Source: Candidatus Kerfeldbacteria bacterium
GTDB taxonomy: Bacteria; Patescibacteriota; Patescibacteriia; UBA9570; XYC2-FULL-38-9
Assembly: GCA_043813585.1 (NCBI GenBank)
Contig: JBDRKW010000005.1
Span: forward strand, 3,409 to 67,408
Direction: 5' to 3'
Length of the DNA: 64,000 nt
Part shown: piece by piece, positions 30,159 to 39,729 of the stretch
Layout: each line of letters begins with the position of its first letter
How positions within the stretch are numbered: the first letter of the stretch is position 1
The notes under the pieces: model-generated
What the model saw: the letters and a program-made list of their open reading frames with translations, nothing else
What the model was told of the DNA's origin: nothing
The model's database searches: none
Made by a program: the position numbers and the translations under genes

Positions 30159-32738
30159 ATGGAAAAAGCCTACGACCCCAAACAATACGAAGACGACATC
30201 TATAAAAAGTGGGAAGACTCCGGCTATTTTAATCCGGACAACCTGCCGGGCGACCGCACGGAGCCGTTTTCCGTGATGATGCCGCCGCCGAACGTGACCG
30301 GCGTTCTGCACCTCGGCCACGCGTTTGAGCATTCATTGATGGACACAAAGGTCCGTTTTGAGCGCATGCGCGGAAAGAAAGCCCTGCTTCTGCCGGGAAC
30401 AGACCATGCGGCGATCGCAACGCAAGCCCGCGTCGAAGACAAGCTGAAAAAAGAAGGCGTGGAGAACCCGCGCCAGGAATACGGCCGTGAGAAGCTATTG
30501 GAGATCATCCGCGAGTTTGCTGAAGAATCCAAAGCGACAATGCTGGGCCAGATCCGGAGAATCGGGACGAGCTGTGATTGGTCGCGCCTCGCATATACGT
30601 TTGACGAAGATCGCTCCCGCGCAGTAAACGCGATGTTCAAGAAGATGTATGATGACGGGCTGATTTATCGCGGGTACCGCGTGGTGAACTGGTCGGTTGC
30701 GGGGCAGTCAACCTGTTCGGAAGATGAGCTGGAATACAAAGAACAACCGACGACAATCTACACGTTTAAGTATTCAAAGGATTTTCCGATCGCGATTGCA
30801 TCCACACGGCCGGAAACAAAGCTGGGCGACACGGCAGTTGCGGTCCATCCGGAAGACAAGCGCTATAAAAAGTTCATCGGTGAGGAATTCACTGTTGACG
30901 TGGGTGCTGCTACGCCTCTTACAATTAAAATAATCGCTGACGAATCAGTCGACCCGGAATACGGTACGGGCGCGCTCGGCGTGACGCCGGCGCACAGCGC
31001 GATCGACTTTGAGATGTATGAGCGCAATAAAGAGATTGGTTTGAATCAGGTGATCGGCACGGACGGCAGGATGACCGACAACGCCGGGAAGGCCTATAAA
31101 GGGCTGACAACAGAAGAAGCGCGTGCGAAGTTCGTACAGTGGCTGCGCGATCAGAAATTATTAGTCAACGAAGAAGAGGCAATGCATAGCGTCGGCGCAT
31201 CAGACCGGTACAAGGATGTGGTTGAGGCGCTGCCCATGGACCAGTGGTTCGTGGACGTGAACAAGGAAATTCCCGGCCGCGGCAAGTCGCTGAAAGAGCT
31301 CATGAAGGACGCAGTGACGACCGGCCACAACGGTGACAAGTCGAAGAAGGTGGAGATCGCACCTGAACAGTTTCTCAAGACCTACCTGCACTGGATCGAG
31401 AACCTGAAGGACTGGTGCATCAGCCGCCAGATCTGGTGGGGCCACCGGATTCCGGTATGGACGAAAGGAGAAGATGTGCATGTGGGAGCGGAAGCGCCGG
31501 AGGGCGGCGGCTGGACGCAGGACGAAGACACGCTGGACACCTGGTTCTCCTCCGGCATGTGGGCATTTTCCACGCTCGGTTGGCCGGAAGAAACGATCGA
31601 CCTCCAAACATTTTTTCCGACGTCCTGGATGCAGATGGGATATGAAATTTTGTTCCTTTGGCTTGCGCGCATGATTCTTATGTCGACGTACGGCCTTGAT
31701 GACATCCCGTTTACGCAGGCGCACATCCACGGCATCCTTCGCGACAAGAGAGGAAAGAAGTTTTCAAAAACGGCAGGAAACGGGGTTGACCCGATTGAGA
31801 TGGCGAACAAGTACGGCACGGATGCGCTGCGCTTCAGCCTGCTTAAAGGCATTGCGCCGGGCAACGATTCGCGTTTTTATGAAGAGAAGGTGGAGGACGG
31901 GCGCAACTTTGTGAATAAGCTCTGGAATATGGCGCGGTTTATCTCCATGCAGGAGATCGATGAAGCCGGCAAGCCGTCGATTGCGGACCGGTGGATCCTG
32001 TCTCGGCTGAATGCTGTTATAAGAGAGGTGGAACAGATGTATGAAAACGACCAGTTCGGCCAGGCTGCAGACACGTTGTACAATTTCACCTGGCATGAAT
32101 TTGCCGATTGGTATATTGAGATCACCAAGGTGCAGCCGAACCCTGCAGTCACACGCGACGTGCTGGAACAGATTATAAAGCTCGCGCACCCGCTTATCCC
32201 GTTCGTGACTGAAGCGATCTGGAAGGAGCTTGGTAAAGAATCGATGCTCATTATTGAACAGTGGCCGGAAGCGGACGAGTCATTAATTGATAACGCAGCA
32301 GAAAAGCAACTCGAAGACGTAAAAGAATTGATTTCTTCCATACGTCACATCAGAAAAGAGTACAACATCAAACCAAAACAGGAGCTCGAAGCATTAAAGA
32401 GCGATATTGATGATGAAGATGCAGCACTTGTCCAACAACTCGCATCAGTTTCATTTGTCGCAGAAAAGAAGTTCACAAATAGTGCCACCGCAGTAGCAGG
32501 TGACAAGCAAATTATCATCCCGCTTGACGGAGTGATTGATGTTGAAGCAGAAAAGAAGCGCATAGAAAGAGAGATTAAAGCAAAAGAAGGATACCTGGCC
32601 GGACTAGAGAAGAAGCTGGGCAACAAGAAGTTCCTGGAGAGCGCTCCAGAAGAGGTTATCGAACAAAACAAGCAATCAAAGGCCGAAGCAGAGGCCGAAT
32701 TGAGCAATTTACAGCAAGCACTTGCAAATTTGTCGTAA
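30159..32738 (+). CDS. valS: Valine--tRNA ligase
   Basis: PPPNVTGVLHLGH, PGTDHA.IATQ, DWCISRQIWWGHRIP, LDTWFSS, KFSKT, coiled-coil tail. Confidence 0.98.
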   Translation: MEKAYDPKQYEDDIYKKWEDSGYFNPDNLPGDRTEPFSVMMPPPNVTGVLHLGHAFEHSLMDTKVRFERMRGKKALLLPGTDHAAIATQARVEDKLKKEGVENPRQEYGREKLLEIIREFAEESKATMLGQIRRIGTSCDWSRLAYTFDEDRSRAVNAMFKKMYDDGLIYRGYRVVNWSVAGQSTCSEDELEYKEQPTTIYTFKYSKDFPIAIASTRPETKLGDTAVAVHPEDKRYKKFIGEEFTVDVGAATPLTIKIIADESVDPEYGTGALGVTPAHSAIDFEMYERNKEIGLNQVIGTDGRMTDNAGKAYKGLTTEEARAKFVQWLRDQKLLVNEEEAMHSVGASDRYKDVVEALPMDQWFVDVNKEIPGRGKSLKELMKDAVTTGHNGDKSKKVEIAPEQFLKTYLHWIENLKDWCISRQIWWGHRIPVWTKGEDVHVGAEAPEGGGWTQDEDTLDTWFSSGMWAFSTLGWPEETIDLQTFFPTSWMQMGYEILFLWLARMILMSTYGLDDIPFTQAHIHGILRDKRGKKFSKTAGNGVDPIEMANKYGTDALRFSLLKGIAPGNDSRFYEEKVEDGRNFVNKLWNMARFISMQEIDEAGKPSIADRWILSRLNAVIREVEQMYENDQFGQAADTLYNFTWHEFADWYIEITKVQPNPAVTRDVLEQIIKLAHPLIPFVTEAIWKELGKESMLIIEQWPEADESLIDNAAEKQLEDVKELISSIRHIRKEYNIKPKQELEALKSDIDDEDAALVQQLASVSFVAEKKFTNSATAVAGDKQIIIPLDGVIDVEAEKKRIEREIKAKEGYLAGLEKKLGNKKFLESAPEEVIEQNKQSKAEAEAELSNLQQALANLS

Positions 32739-32858
32739 ATATTGTCTGACATGTGGATAGATCTGCTTTAATAAATATTAAATATGTACTATAATAGGGT
32801 CGTACTGACTCCGCACACAGACGGAGCAGTTTTTCTAGTTATCAAATAGGGTGTTAAA

Positions 32859-34835
32859 ATGACACAGGGAGTACAAACAAAACGCGCCGCATGGATAATT
32901 GTTTTTCTGGCGGTGTTTTTTATTCCATTAACAGCAAGCGCAGCAACTATCGTCCACGACGACATAGGCGACTTCACAGGCACATTCTCAGACACCCAGT
33001 GGGACGCAGGAAACACCTGGATCGAGCTGGACGGCACAGGAATGGGCAACGGCACAGGAACCTATTCATCGCAAAATGTTGACGCAGGATCAGCATCGTC
33101 CTGGAATTCATTATCCTGGACCCCGGAACAGCCGTTCTTCAAAGAACTGCCCAACAGCGGGAGTTCAGAATCCGGCTATCCAAACGGAAACGCCAACATG
33201 AGCAGCAATGAATTACTCATGCACATGAATGCAACCTCTTATATCGATGTAGAAGACACGTCCGGCAACACCAACGATGGAACATTTGTCGATTCCTACA
33301 CGAAATTGCTGATGCACATGGACAACACCCTCCTGCCCGATAACTCCCTAAGCGGGCATACTGTAAATATATTTTCAGATGTTGCGAGAAGCAGTGCGCA
33401 ATCAAAATATGGCGGATTCAGTGCCTTATTCAATGCCTCGGGAGATTATTTAAGCATGCCGGCAAGCAGTGATTGGGATTTTTCAGGCGGAGATTTTACG
33501 ATTGATTTCTGGTTTTACCTGAACCTGGCAGGTATTCAGCAAACACTCATCAATAGTTGGGTGAATTACCTTGATCCTGACAATTGGCATATCTATATCA
33601 CTACCGCTAATAGGTTAGCTTTCTTTTCGCACGGGTATACTGGTGATGCTGGGGTTGTCGGAACTCATGACGTAACTCCAGATGCATGGCATCATGTGGC
33701 GTATGTCTATGACGGGACTAATGTGAAAACGTATCTTGATGGGGTACTTGACGCTTCCGACGGGACTGCTCCGGGCAGTAATTCAGACCAGGCAATAGTC
33801 ATAGGTATAAATGATGCCAACAAATCAACTCAACCCCTATATGGCTATCTCGATGAGGTGAGGCTTTCAAAAGGCATAGCCAGGTGGACTTCCGACTTCA
33901 CGCCGCCGGTGCTCGCTGCCGGAAATGTGAGCTGGCCGGCAGGCACGCTGAATAACGCCTTGAGCTTTGATGGAACGAACAACTGGGTCACCGTTCCCGG
34001 CGACAGCAGCCTGGATATTACCAGCAACCTCACTGTTGAAGGATGGATATACCCCACCGACCTGACGCAGGACGGGATGATCGCGTCAAAGGAATGGTGC
34101 GATGCGTCAAGCAACTACGCCTATTCACTTGGTTATAATGCAAACGGGAAACTGCAGTTTATTTCAGACGACAGCGGAGACTGTGCTTCTGTGGATGAAT
34201 ACACGTCGGATAACATCGTTCTGACTGAAGACGAATGGAACCATGTTGCCGCTGTGCATACGAATTCATCGGTTACTCTTTATGTAAACGGGACTGCGGT
34301 TGCCGGTTCATTCACTGAGGGCGCTGCAGGAGCCATCCAGACAAATGATGAACCGCTTCGGTTAGGCGTGAACAAAGCCGCTTCAGGCTATGACAGCTTT
34401 TTTGTTGGGTCAATGGATGAAGTGGACGTGTTCAGCCGCGCACTGACCGCAGGCGAAATTGAGGACCATTACCGGCGCGGGGCAAACCGTTTGCAGATCC
34501 AGGTGCGGTCCTGCAATGACGCAGCATGCGACACAGAGACATTTAGGGGACCGGACGGAACAGCAGGAACCTACTACACAGAGTTGAGTAATACGACAAC
34601 TACAACACCGTCGTTAACCCTCACGAACGTCCCGGATAACCAATATTTTGAATACCAGGTCACCTTTGATACTGATGACGCAGTGCTCGGCCCGGAATTA
34701 AACGATATCACTATGGATTTTGGAGAAGGAGGCGGCGGAGACGCTATTCCTGAATTTTCATTACTAACATTATTTATCGCGTTCGGCTTGGGACTGGGTA
34801 CATTCGGTTATATCCGTCTTAAACAGGCGAAATGA
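32859..34835 (+). CDS. Secreted LamG (concanavalin-like) domain protein with PEF-CTERM-like tail
   Basis: Signal peptide; two LamG domains (WHHVA/WNHVA, DEVR/DEVD); C-terminus IPEFSLLTLFIAFGLGLGTFGYIRLKQAK. Confidence 0.85.
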   Translation: MTQGVQTKRAAWIIVFLAVFFIPLTASAATIVHDDIGDFTGTFSDTQWDAGNTWIELDGTGMGNGTGTYSSQNVDAGSASSWNSLSWTPEQPFFKELPNSGSSESGYPNGNANMSSNELLMHMNATSYIDVEDTSGNTNDGTFVDSYTKLLMHMDNTLLPDNSLSGHTVNIFSDVARSSAQSKYGGFSALFNASGDYLSMPASSDWDFSGGDFTIDFWFYLNLAGIQQTLINSWVNYLDPDNWHIYITTANRLAFFSHGYTGDAGVVGTHDVTPDAWHHVAYVYDGTNVKTYLDGVLDASDGTAPGSNSDQAIVIGINDANKSTQPLYGYLDEVRLSKGIARWTSDFTPPVLAAGNVSWPAGTLNNALSFDGTNNWVTVPGDSSLDITSNLTVEGWIYPTDLTQDGMIASKEWCDASSNYAYSLGYNANGKLQFISDDSGDCASVDEYTSDNIVLTEDEWNHVAAVHTNSSVTLYVNGTAVAGSFTEGAAGAIQTNDEPLRLGVNKAASGYDSFFVGSMDEVDVFSRALTAGEIEDHYRRGANRLQIQVRSCNDAACDTETFRGPDGTAGTYYTELSNTTTTTPSLTLTNVPDNQYFEYQVTFDTDDAVLGPELNDITMDFGEGGGGDAIPEFSLLTLFIAFGLGLGTFGYIRLKQAK

Positions 34836-36331
34836 CGAAGAGGAGACTTCTTCAATATGGAGTAATAGCTATTCTGGCGGTTTTCCCAACCGCTGTTTTT
34901 GCCGTTAATTTGTATGTTGATGATGATGGCTGCGCAGACAGCAGTAACTGCCAGACCGCCGGCAGCCCATGCTGCACGATCAATTACGCCATCGGCCAAG
35001 GCTCGAGCGGCGACAGTATGAACATTGCCGCAGGTACGTATTATGAAGATGTGAACCTGATTAAGGAAATTGACCTGCTCGGGGCAGGACGGACACAAAC
35101 TATTATTGATTGCTCAGGAGCTTCGCCTGTTGACCATTGTATCGACGCCAATGCCCTAAGTGACGCGGTAACGATTCAGGATTTACAGGTTACAGGTGCC
35201 GGAACCGGCAAAGCGGGAATCTGGGTTAGCCCTTCCGCAGCTGCGTGCCCGGTTGTTACGCGCATCTGGGCAAACCGAAATTATGTAAATGGCATTGATT
35301 CACGTAATTGTGCGAATTATACGCTTGATGACGTTTGGGCAACGCAGAATGGCACCAGCACGAACAGCGGTATTCAAGTAATAATGCATTCATCCGGCAC
35401 GTTGCAGAATTCAGAACTGGCCGGCGGCCCGATGGCCCTGGTAAGTACGTCAACCGGCGACGGCATTGCCAATATTTATCAGTCGCATATTTCAAACGGA
35501 GACGGCCAGTACCCCCCGTCATTACTGGCGTTCAATAATATTTTTGCATGGGGCGGCCCTCCCGCCTACATATTCGGTTCACCGCTGTACTATAACAACA
35601 TGTTCACCACCAACCAATTGAACCTGTATAATGTGGTGGCTCCGGTTTTCTACAATAATATGTTTTATGGAGCTGAAGGCTATGCGCTCAGAAGACTGCT
35701 GGGCGCGAATTGCGGCACCTTTGATTACAACAGCTGGTACAACAATGGGGGTGATATATATCTCGACCAGTGTTCAAAAGGAGTAAACACAAACAGTGAC
35801 GACCCGAATTTTGTGAAGAACTACACCGGTACAGTCGCTTCGCTGACAGAAAGCGGCAGCAATGCACACGACTTCGTGACAGACATCAACGTGAGCGGCA
35901 GTCCGTGGACAGCGCACCAGTTCATGATGGGCGGATATTACTTTGTCCCTGACGATGATACGCGGCATATATGGTATATCATCGATAACGATGAAAATAC
36001 ATTAAGCGTTGCGCGCGCGGAAACGGGATACGCGCCGTCTGACTATGGAGTAGGGGCTTCTGATACGTTCTATATCACGCAATACCTGCGCGACGATGCC
36101 TGGACCGGAGTTGATACGGCCTATGATTTAAGCGGAACGGTTGATATTGATATTTTCGCCAACGCTCGGCCGCTCGGCCTTGGGTACGACATCGGACCAA
36201 TGGAAGACGGGCCGCAAGATGAGGGAGGCAGTCCGGTACCGGAATATTCTTTGCTGACTTTGGTTATCGCGTTTGGCCTGGGATTAGGGGCATTTGGATA
36301 CCTGAGGAAAACTACAATAGACCGATTTTAG
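34832..36331 (+). CDS. Secreted parallel beta-helix protein with choice-of-anchor Q-like motif and PEF-CTERM-like tail
   Basis: PC.TI..AI...G..G..IAAGTY start; RP.G.G.DIG..E; VPEYSLLTLVIAFGLGLGAFGYLRK. Confidence 0.85.
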   Translation: MTKRRLLQYGVIAILAVFPTAVFAVNLYVDDDGCADSSNCQTAGSPCCTINYAIGQGSSGDSMNIAAGTYYEDVNLIKEIDLLGAGRTQTIIDCSGASPVDHCIDANALSDAVTIQDLQVTGAGTGKAGIWVSPSAAACPVVTRIWANRNYVNGIDSRNCANYTLDDVWATQNGTSTNSGIQVIMHSSGTLQNSELAGGPMALVSTSTGDGIANIYQSHISNGDGQYPPSLLAFNNIFAWGGPPAYIFGSPLYYNNMFTTNQLNLYNVVAPVFYNNMFYGAEGYALRRLLGANCGTFDYNSWYNNGGDIYLDQCSKGVNTNSDDPNFVKNYTGTVASLTESGSNAHDFVTDINVSGSPWTAHQFMMGGYYFVPDDDTRHIWYIIDNDENTLSVARAETGYAPSDYGVGASDTFYITQYLRDDAWTGVDTAYDLSGTVDIDIFANARPLGLGYDIGPMEDGPQDEGGSPVPEYSLLTLVIAFGLGLGAFGYLRKTTIDRF

Positions 36332-36408
36332 AATTTGTGCTATAATACTAATGCGTTTATTGGGAGTTTCAACGTCTCCTAATTGTTTATTTTGATACTA
36401 TCAATAAA

Positions 36409-37791
36409 ATGGAAACAATACTAAAACAAAAAAGATTCGGGCTGGCGACACTAGTTGTTCTCTGCGTACTCGTACTTTTACCGAAATCTGCTTCTGCAAC
36501 TGAACTTTGGGTCGATTCTTGTATGGGAGACGACGATGGTGGTGCTAATGACTGCCAGACTGAAGCATTACCTTGTGCAACGTTAGGTCAGGCAGTATCA
36601 GAGATTACAGCAAATAACGGCGACCAGGTATGGGCAACAAGCGGCTGCATGAACGCGGCTTGTGGAATAATGCAATGCGGAGCAGCAGTTGACTTTACTG
36701 AAATGGTTTCGCTGGGTGCTGCACAAACAGGAAATGGCCCAGGCAATCAGACGCGTTTTGATTCCTGGGAATCGGCCGGTGGAAAAATTCGCGAAATGCC
36801 TGTTATTGATTGTGAAAATACGCGTGATGCAGGCTTCTGGATCGGTAATAACCCTGGTGACCCTGCAAATTATATCGGAGTTGGTACTTTTGAAATAAAG
36901 AATTGCCTTAATAGCGGTGTCATAGGGCTTCCAAATTCGAATTATGGTGACATAGAGAAAGTATATTCACACGACAACGCTGCAGACGGCATACGGATAG
37001 ACGGATCAACCGCTTGGTATTTTTATGTAAACACACTCACGGATAACGGTGGCTATGGTATTCATTACAACTCCGCAATCAACTCCAAAGCAGACGCGAA
37101 TTTGATTTCCGGAAATGACATAGGAATTTACATGTCAGTAAATTCCACTGGTCACGACATTACGAATAATTGGATTGAAGGCAGTACATCATACGGCATT
37201 CAAGTTGTGGGAAATAGCAACAATATAGTTAACAACACCACCTACGAAAACGGAACTGGAGAAATTCGGGTTGGCAATGATGTAGATGCACCTGTAAGTA
37301 ACACAACAATATTGAATAACATTCTTAACGTTCAATCCAATTATGGAATAATGGTTGAATGTAACGCGAATACAAATTTGAGCTCAAATTTTAATGATAT
37401 TTACAGAGATGGCGGCGGCATGACCGGGTGGTGGGGCCCGAGTGGCGGATGTACCGGCATTAACAGCCCTAATCTTGGTAGCTGGCAGGCAAACAGCGGT
37501 GGCGATGCAAATTCAATTGAGACAGACCCTGATTTCACGAATCCTGGTGTTGGTCCGGCAATTAATGCGACATCGCCTGCAGTAAATACAGGTACTGATG
37601 CGAGCGCATGGACGACGACGGATATCCACGCCCAATCGCGTCCTATTGGAGCCGGCTGGGAAATGGGCGCAGATGAGCGCTACGGCCCTGCAGAAGGCCC
37701 TGGTATTCCCGAATTCTCTCTTGTAACTTTAGTTATTGCATTTGGACTAGGACTCGGAACCTTCGGATACGTCCGCATCAAAAAATCATAA
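36409..37791 (+). CDS. Secreted parallel beta-helix (NosD/pectin-lyase-like) protein with PEF-CTERM-like tail
   Basis: N..N..GI repeats; RPIGAGWEMGADE; IPEFSLVTLVIAFGLGLGTFGYVRIKKS. Confidence 0.85.
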   Translation: METILKQKRFGLATLVVLCVLVLLPKSASATELWVDSCMGDDDGGANDCQTEALPCATLGQAVSEITANNGDQVWATSGCMNAACGIMQCGAAVDFTEMVSLGAAQTGNGPGNQTRFDSWESAGGKIREMPVIDCENTRDAGFWIGNNPGDPANYIGVGTFEIKNCLNSGVIGLPNSNYGDIEKVYSHDNAADGIRIDGSTAWYFYVNTLTDNGGYGIHYNSAINSKADANLISGNDIGIYMSVNSTGHDITNNWIEGSTSYGIQVVGNSNNIVNNTTYENGTGEIRVGNDVDAPVSNTTILNNILNVQSNYGIMVECNANTNLSSNFNDIYRDGGGMTGWWGPSGGCTGINSPNLGSWQANSGGDANSIETDPDFTNPGVGPAINATSPAVNTGTDASAWTTTDIHAQSRPIGAGWEMGADERYGPAEGPGIPEFSLVTLVIAFGLGLGTFGYVRIKKS

Positions 37792-37797
37792 ATATAT

Positions 37798-37888
37798 AAA
37801 ACGAGCCCTGTAAACAGATTACTCGTACGAGCGATTGGCCCGCCAGGGTTGCCAGCGAGTGAGTAATCTGTTGGAAGGGGCTCGTTTT
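37798..37888. repeat. 91-bp imperfect inverted repeat (bidirectional terminator or REP/MITE-like)
   Basis: AAAACGAGCCC/GGGCTCGTTTT and AACAGATTACTC/GAGTAATCTGTT. Confidence 0.75.
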
Positions 37889-37892
37889 GTAT

Positions 37893-39677
37893 TTACGCTT
37901 TGGCGACGCGGAAGACCTCGTCGAGCAGGGTGATTCCTTCTATTGCTTTTAACACGCCGTCCTGGCCCATAGTGACCATGCCGGCATCGTGCAGCAGCGT
38001 CTTCATGTCATATTCGGACGCTTTCCCGGAGAGCACCTGTTTCTCGATCTCCGGTATCATGGTGAAAATTTCATAAATGCCGACCCGGCCCTTGAACCCG
38101 GTGTCTTTGCAGGTCTGGCAGCCTTCGCCTTTGTACCACATGACCTTGTCCACGTCCGGCCTCTCTTCCCCGGACGCTTCCGGTATGGCGGCAACCCATT
38201 CTTTCGCGCGCTGGATCTGTTCGGCAGAAGGCGTATATTCCTTTTTACAGTCCGCGCAGATGCGGCGCACCAGGCGTTGGCCGATGACCGCATTCAATGC
38301 AGGTGCCAAGAGCGCCGGATTCACGCCCATGCCCAGGAAACGCGGGATAGCGCCGGTGGCGTCGTTCGTATGGATGGTAGAGAGCATGAGGTGGCCGGTG
38401 AGAGCCGCCTGGATAGCCGTATCGGCGGTTTCCAGGTCGCGGATTTCACCAACCATGACAATGTCCGGGTCCTGGCGCAGGATCGCGCGCAGCCCCAGCG
38501 CGAAGGTGTATTTTTTTGAATGGTCGATCTGGCTCTGGACAATGCCCTTCAGCTTATACTCAACCGGATTTTCCAGCGTGATGATTTTATTCTCCGGCTT
38601 ATTCAGCTTGTTCAAAATGGCGTAGAGCGTCGTCGTCTTTCCGGAACCGGTCGGACCGGTGGTAATGATCATGCCGTTCGGCTTTTCTATCTCAATCTTG
38701 AGGCGTTCAAACGCCAGCGGGCGCATGCCGAGGTCTTCAAACGACAGCCCCACGGATGACGATTTCAGCAGGCGGAACACGATGCTTTCTCCGTACGCGG
38801 ACGGAAGCGTGGAAACGCGAATATCCAGCTTATCGTCTTCCCCGAGCTCAATCGAGATGCGGCCGTCCTGCGGGACTGCTGTAATGTTCAGCTTCAGCCC
38901 GGCGATTCCCTTGATGCGGCTGACCAGCTTCGGCAGTTTTTCCGGCTCCATGTGCGCAACCACAGTCAGTACGCCGTCGACGCGAAAGCGCAGCACCGCG
39001 CTCTCCTCTTCCGCTTCAATATGGATATCAGAAGAACCGGCGGTCATCGCCATGGCAATGATCATGGCAAACGCTTCGGTCATGTTTACCTCGTCAATCC
39101 GCTTGTCAAAAATATCAAAAGACGTCAGTTCTTTTGCATACGCATCCAGCTGCTTTTTGGTGATATGTACGCCGCTCTCGATCTTGCGGATTTTTGCGAC
39201 TGTCTTGTACAGCTTGATCGCCTGGTCAAAGCTGTGCTGCGATATCAGGTAAAGCTTCACCTTCGAACCCTCATGCTCCTTTTGCAGCTGCGCAATAATC
39301 TCATTGATTTTCGGGTTGTCCGGATCAACCGTTGCAATGCGGATCTGGTCTTCCAAACGGAAAAATGCAACCGCTTTATTGTCGGTCGCGTCCTTTTCCG
39401 GAATCAATGATATCACCTCCGGGCCGATGGGGAACGCTTCCAGGTCAAAATACGGGATGCCGAACAGCTCCGCTTTGGCGCGCGTTTCGTCTTCCAGCGT
39501 CTGCAGGCGGATCTGCTCCATCTTCTCGCCCACATTTTCCTGCGCTTTTTCAGAACGCGTCTCTACAGGAGCCTCGCTTTCTTCGTCGTCGTCGACTGGC
39601 TGCTGTGCGCCGGCTCCTGCCGCACTGCCGGGCGTTTTCGGGATCAAATCCTCTATTGATGAAAAACCGTTGCTCAT
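37893..39677 (-). CDS. Type IV pilus/T2SS assembly ATPase (PilB/GspE family)
   Basis: SDIHIE, PQDGR, GPTGSGKTTTLY, LENPVEY, LRQDPD..MVGEIRD, TGHL, CxxC...CxxC. Confidence 0.95.
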   Translation of the reverse strand: MSNGFSSIEDLIPKTPGSAAGAGAQQPVDDDEESEAPVETRSEKAQENVGEKMEQIRLQTLEDETRAKAELFGIPYFDLEAFPIGPEVISLIPEKDATDNKAVAFFRLEDQIRIATVDPDNPKINEIIAQLQKEHEGSKVKLYLISQHSFDQAIKLYKTVAKIRKIESGVHITKKQLDAYAKELTSFDIFDKRIDEVNMTEAFAMIIAMAMTAGSSDIHIEAEEESAVLRFRVDGVLTVVAHMEPEKLPKLVSRIKGIAGLKLNITAVPQDGRISIELGEDDKLDIRVSTLPSAYGESIVFRLLKSSSVGLSFEDLGMRPLAFERLKIEIEKPNGMIITTGPTGSGKTTTLYAILNKLNKPENKIITLENPVEYKLKGIVQSQIDHSKKYTFALGLRAILRQDPDIVMVGEIRDLETADTAIQAALTGHLMLSTIHTNDATGAIPRFLGMGVNPALLAPALNAVIGQRLVRRICADCKKEYTPSAEQIQRAKEWVAAIPEASGEERPDVDKVMWYKGEGCQTCKDTGFKGRVGIYEIFTMIPEIEKQVLSGKASEYDMKTLLHDAGMVTMGQDGVLKAIEGITLLDEVFRVAKA

Positions 39678-39729
39678 GCAAAAAAGTATACCAAAAAACG
39701 GGCGAATATTCTAGCCCGTTTCTGCGCCC

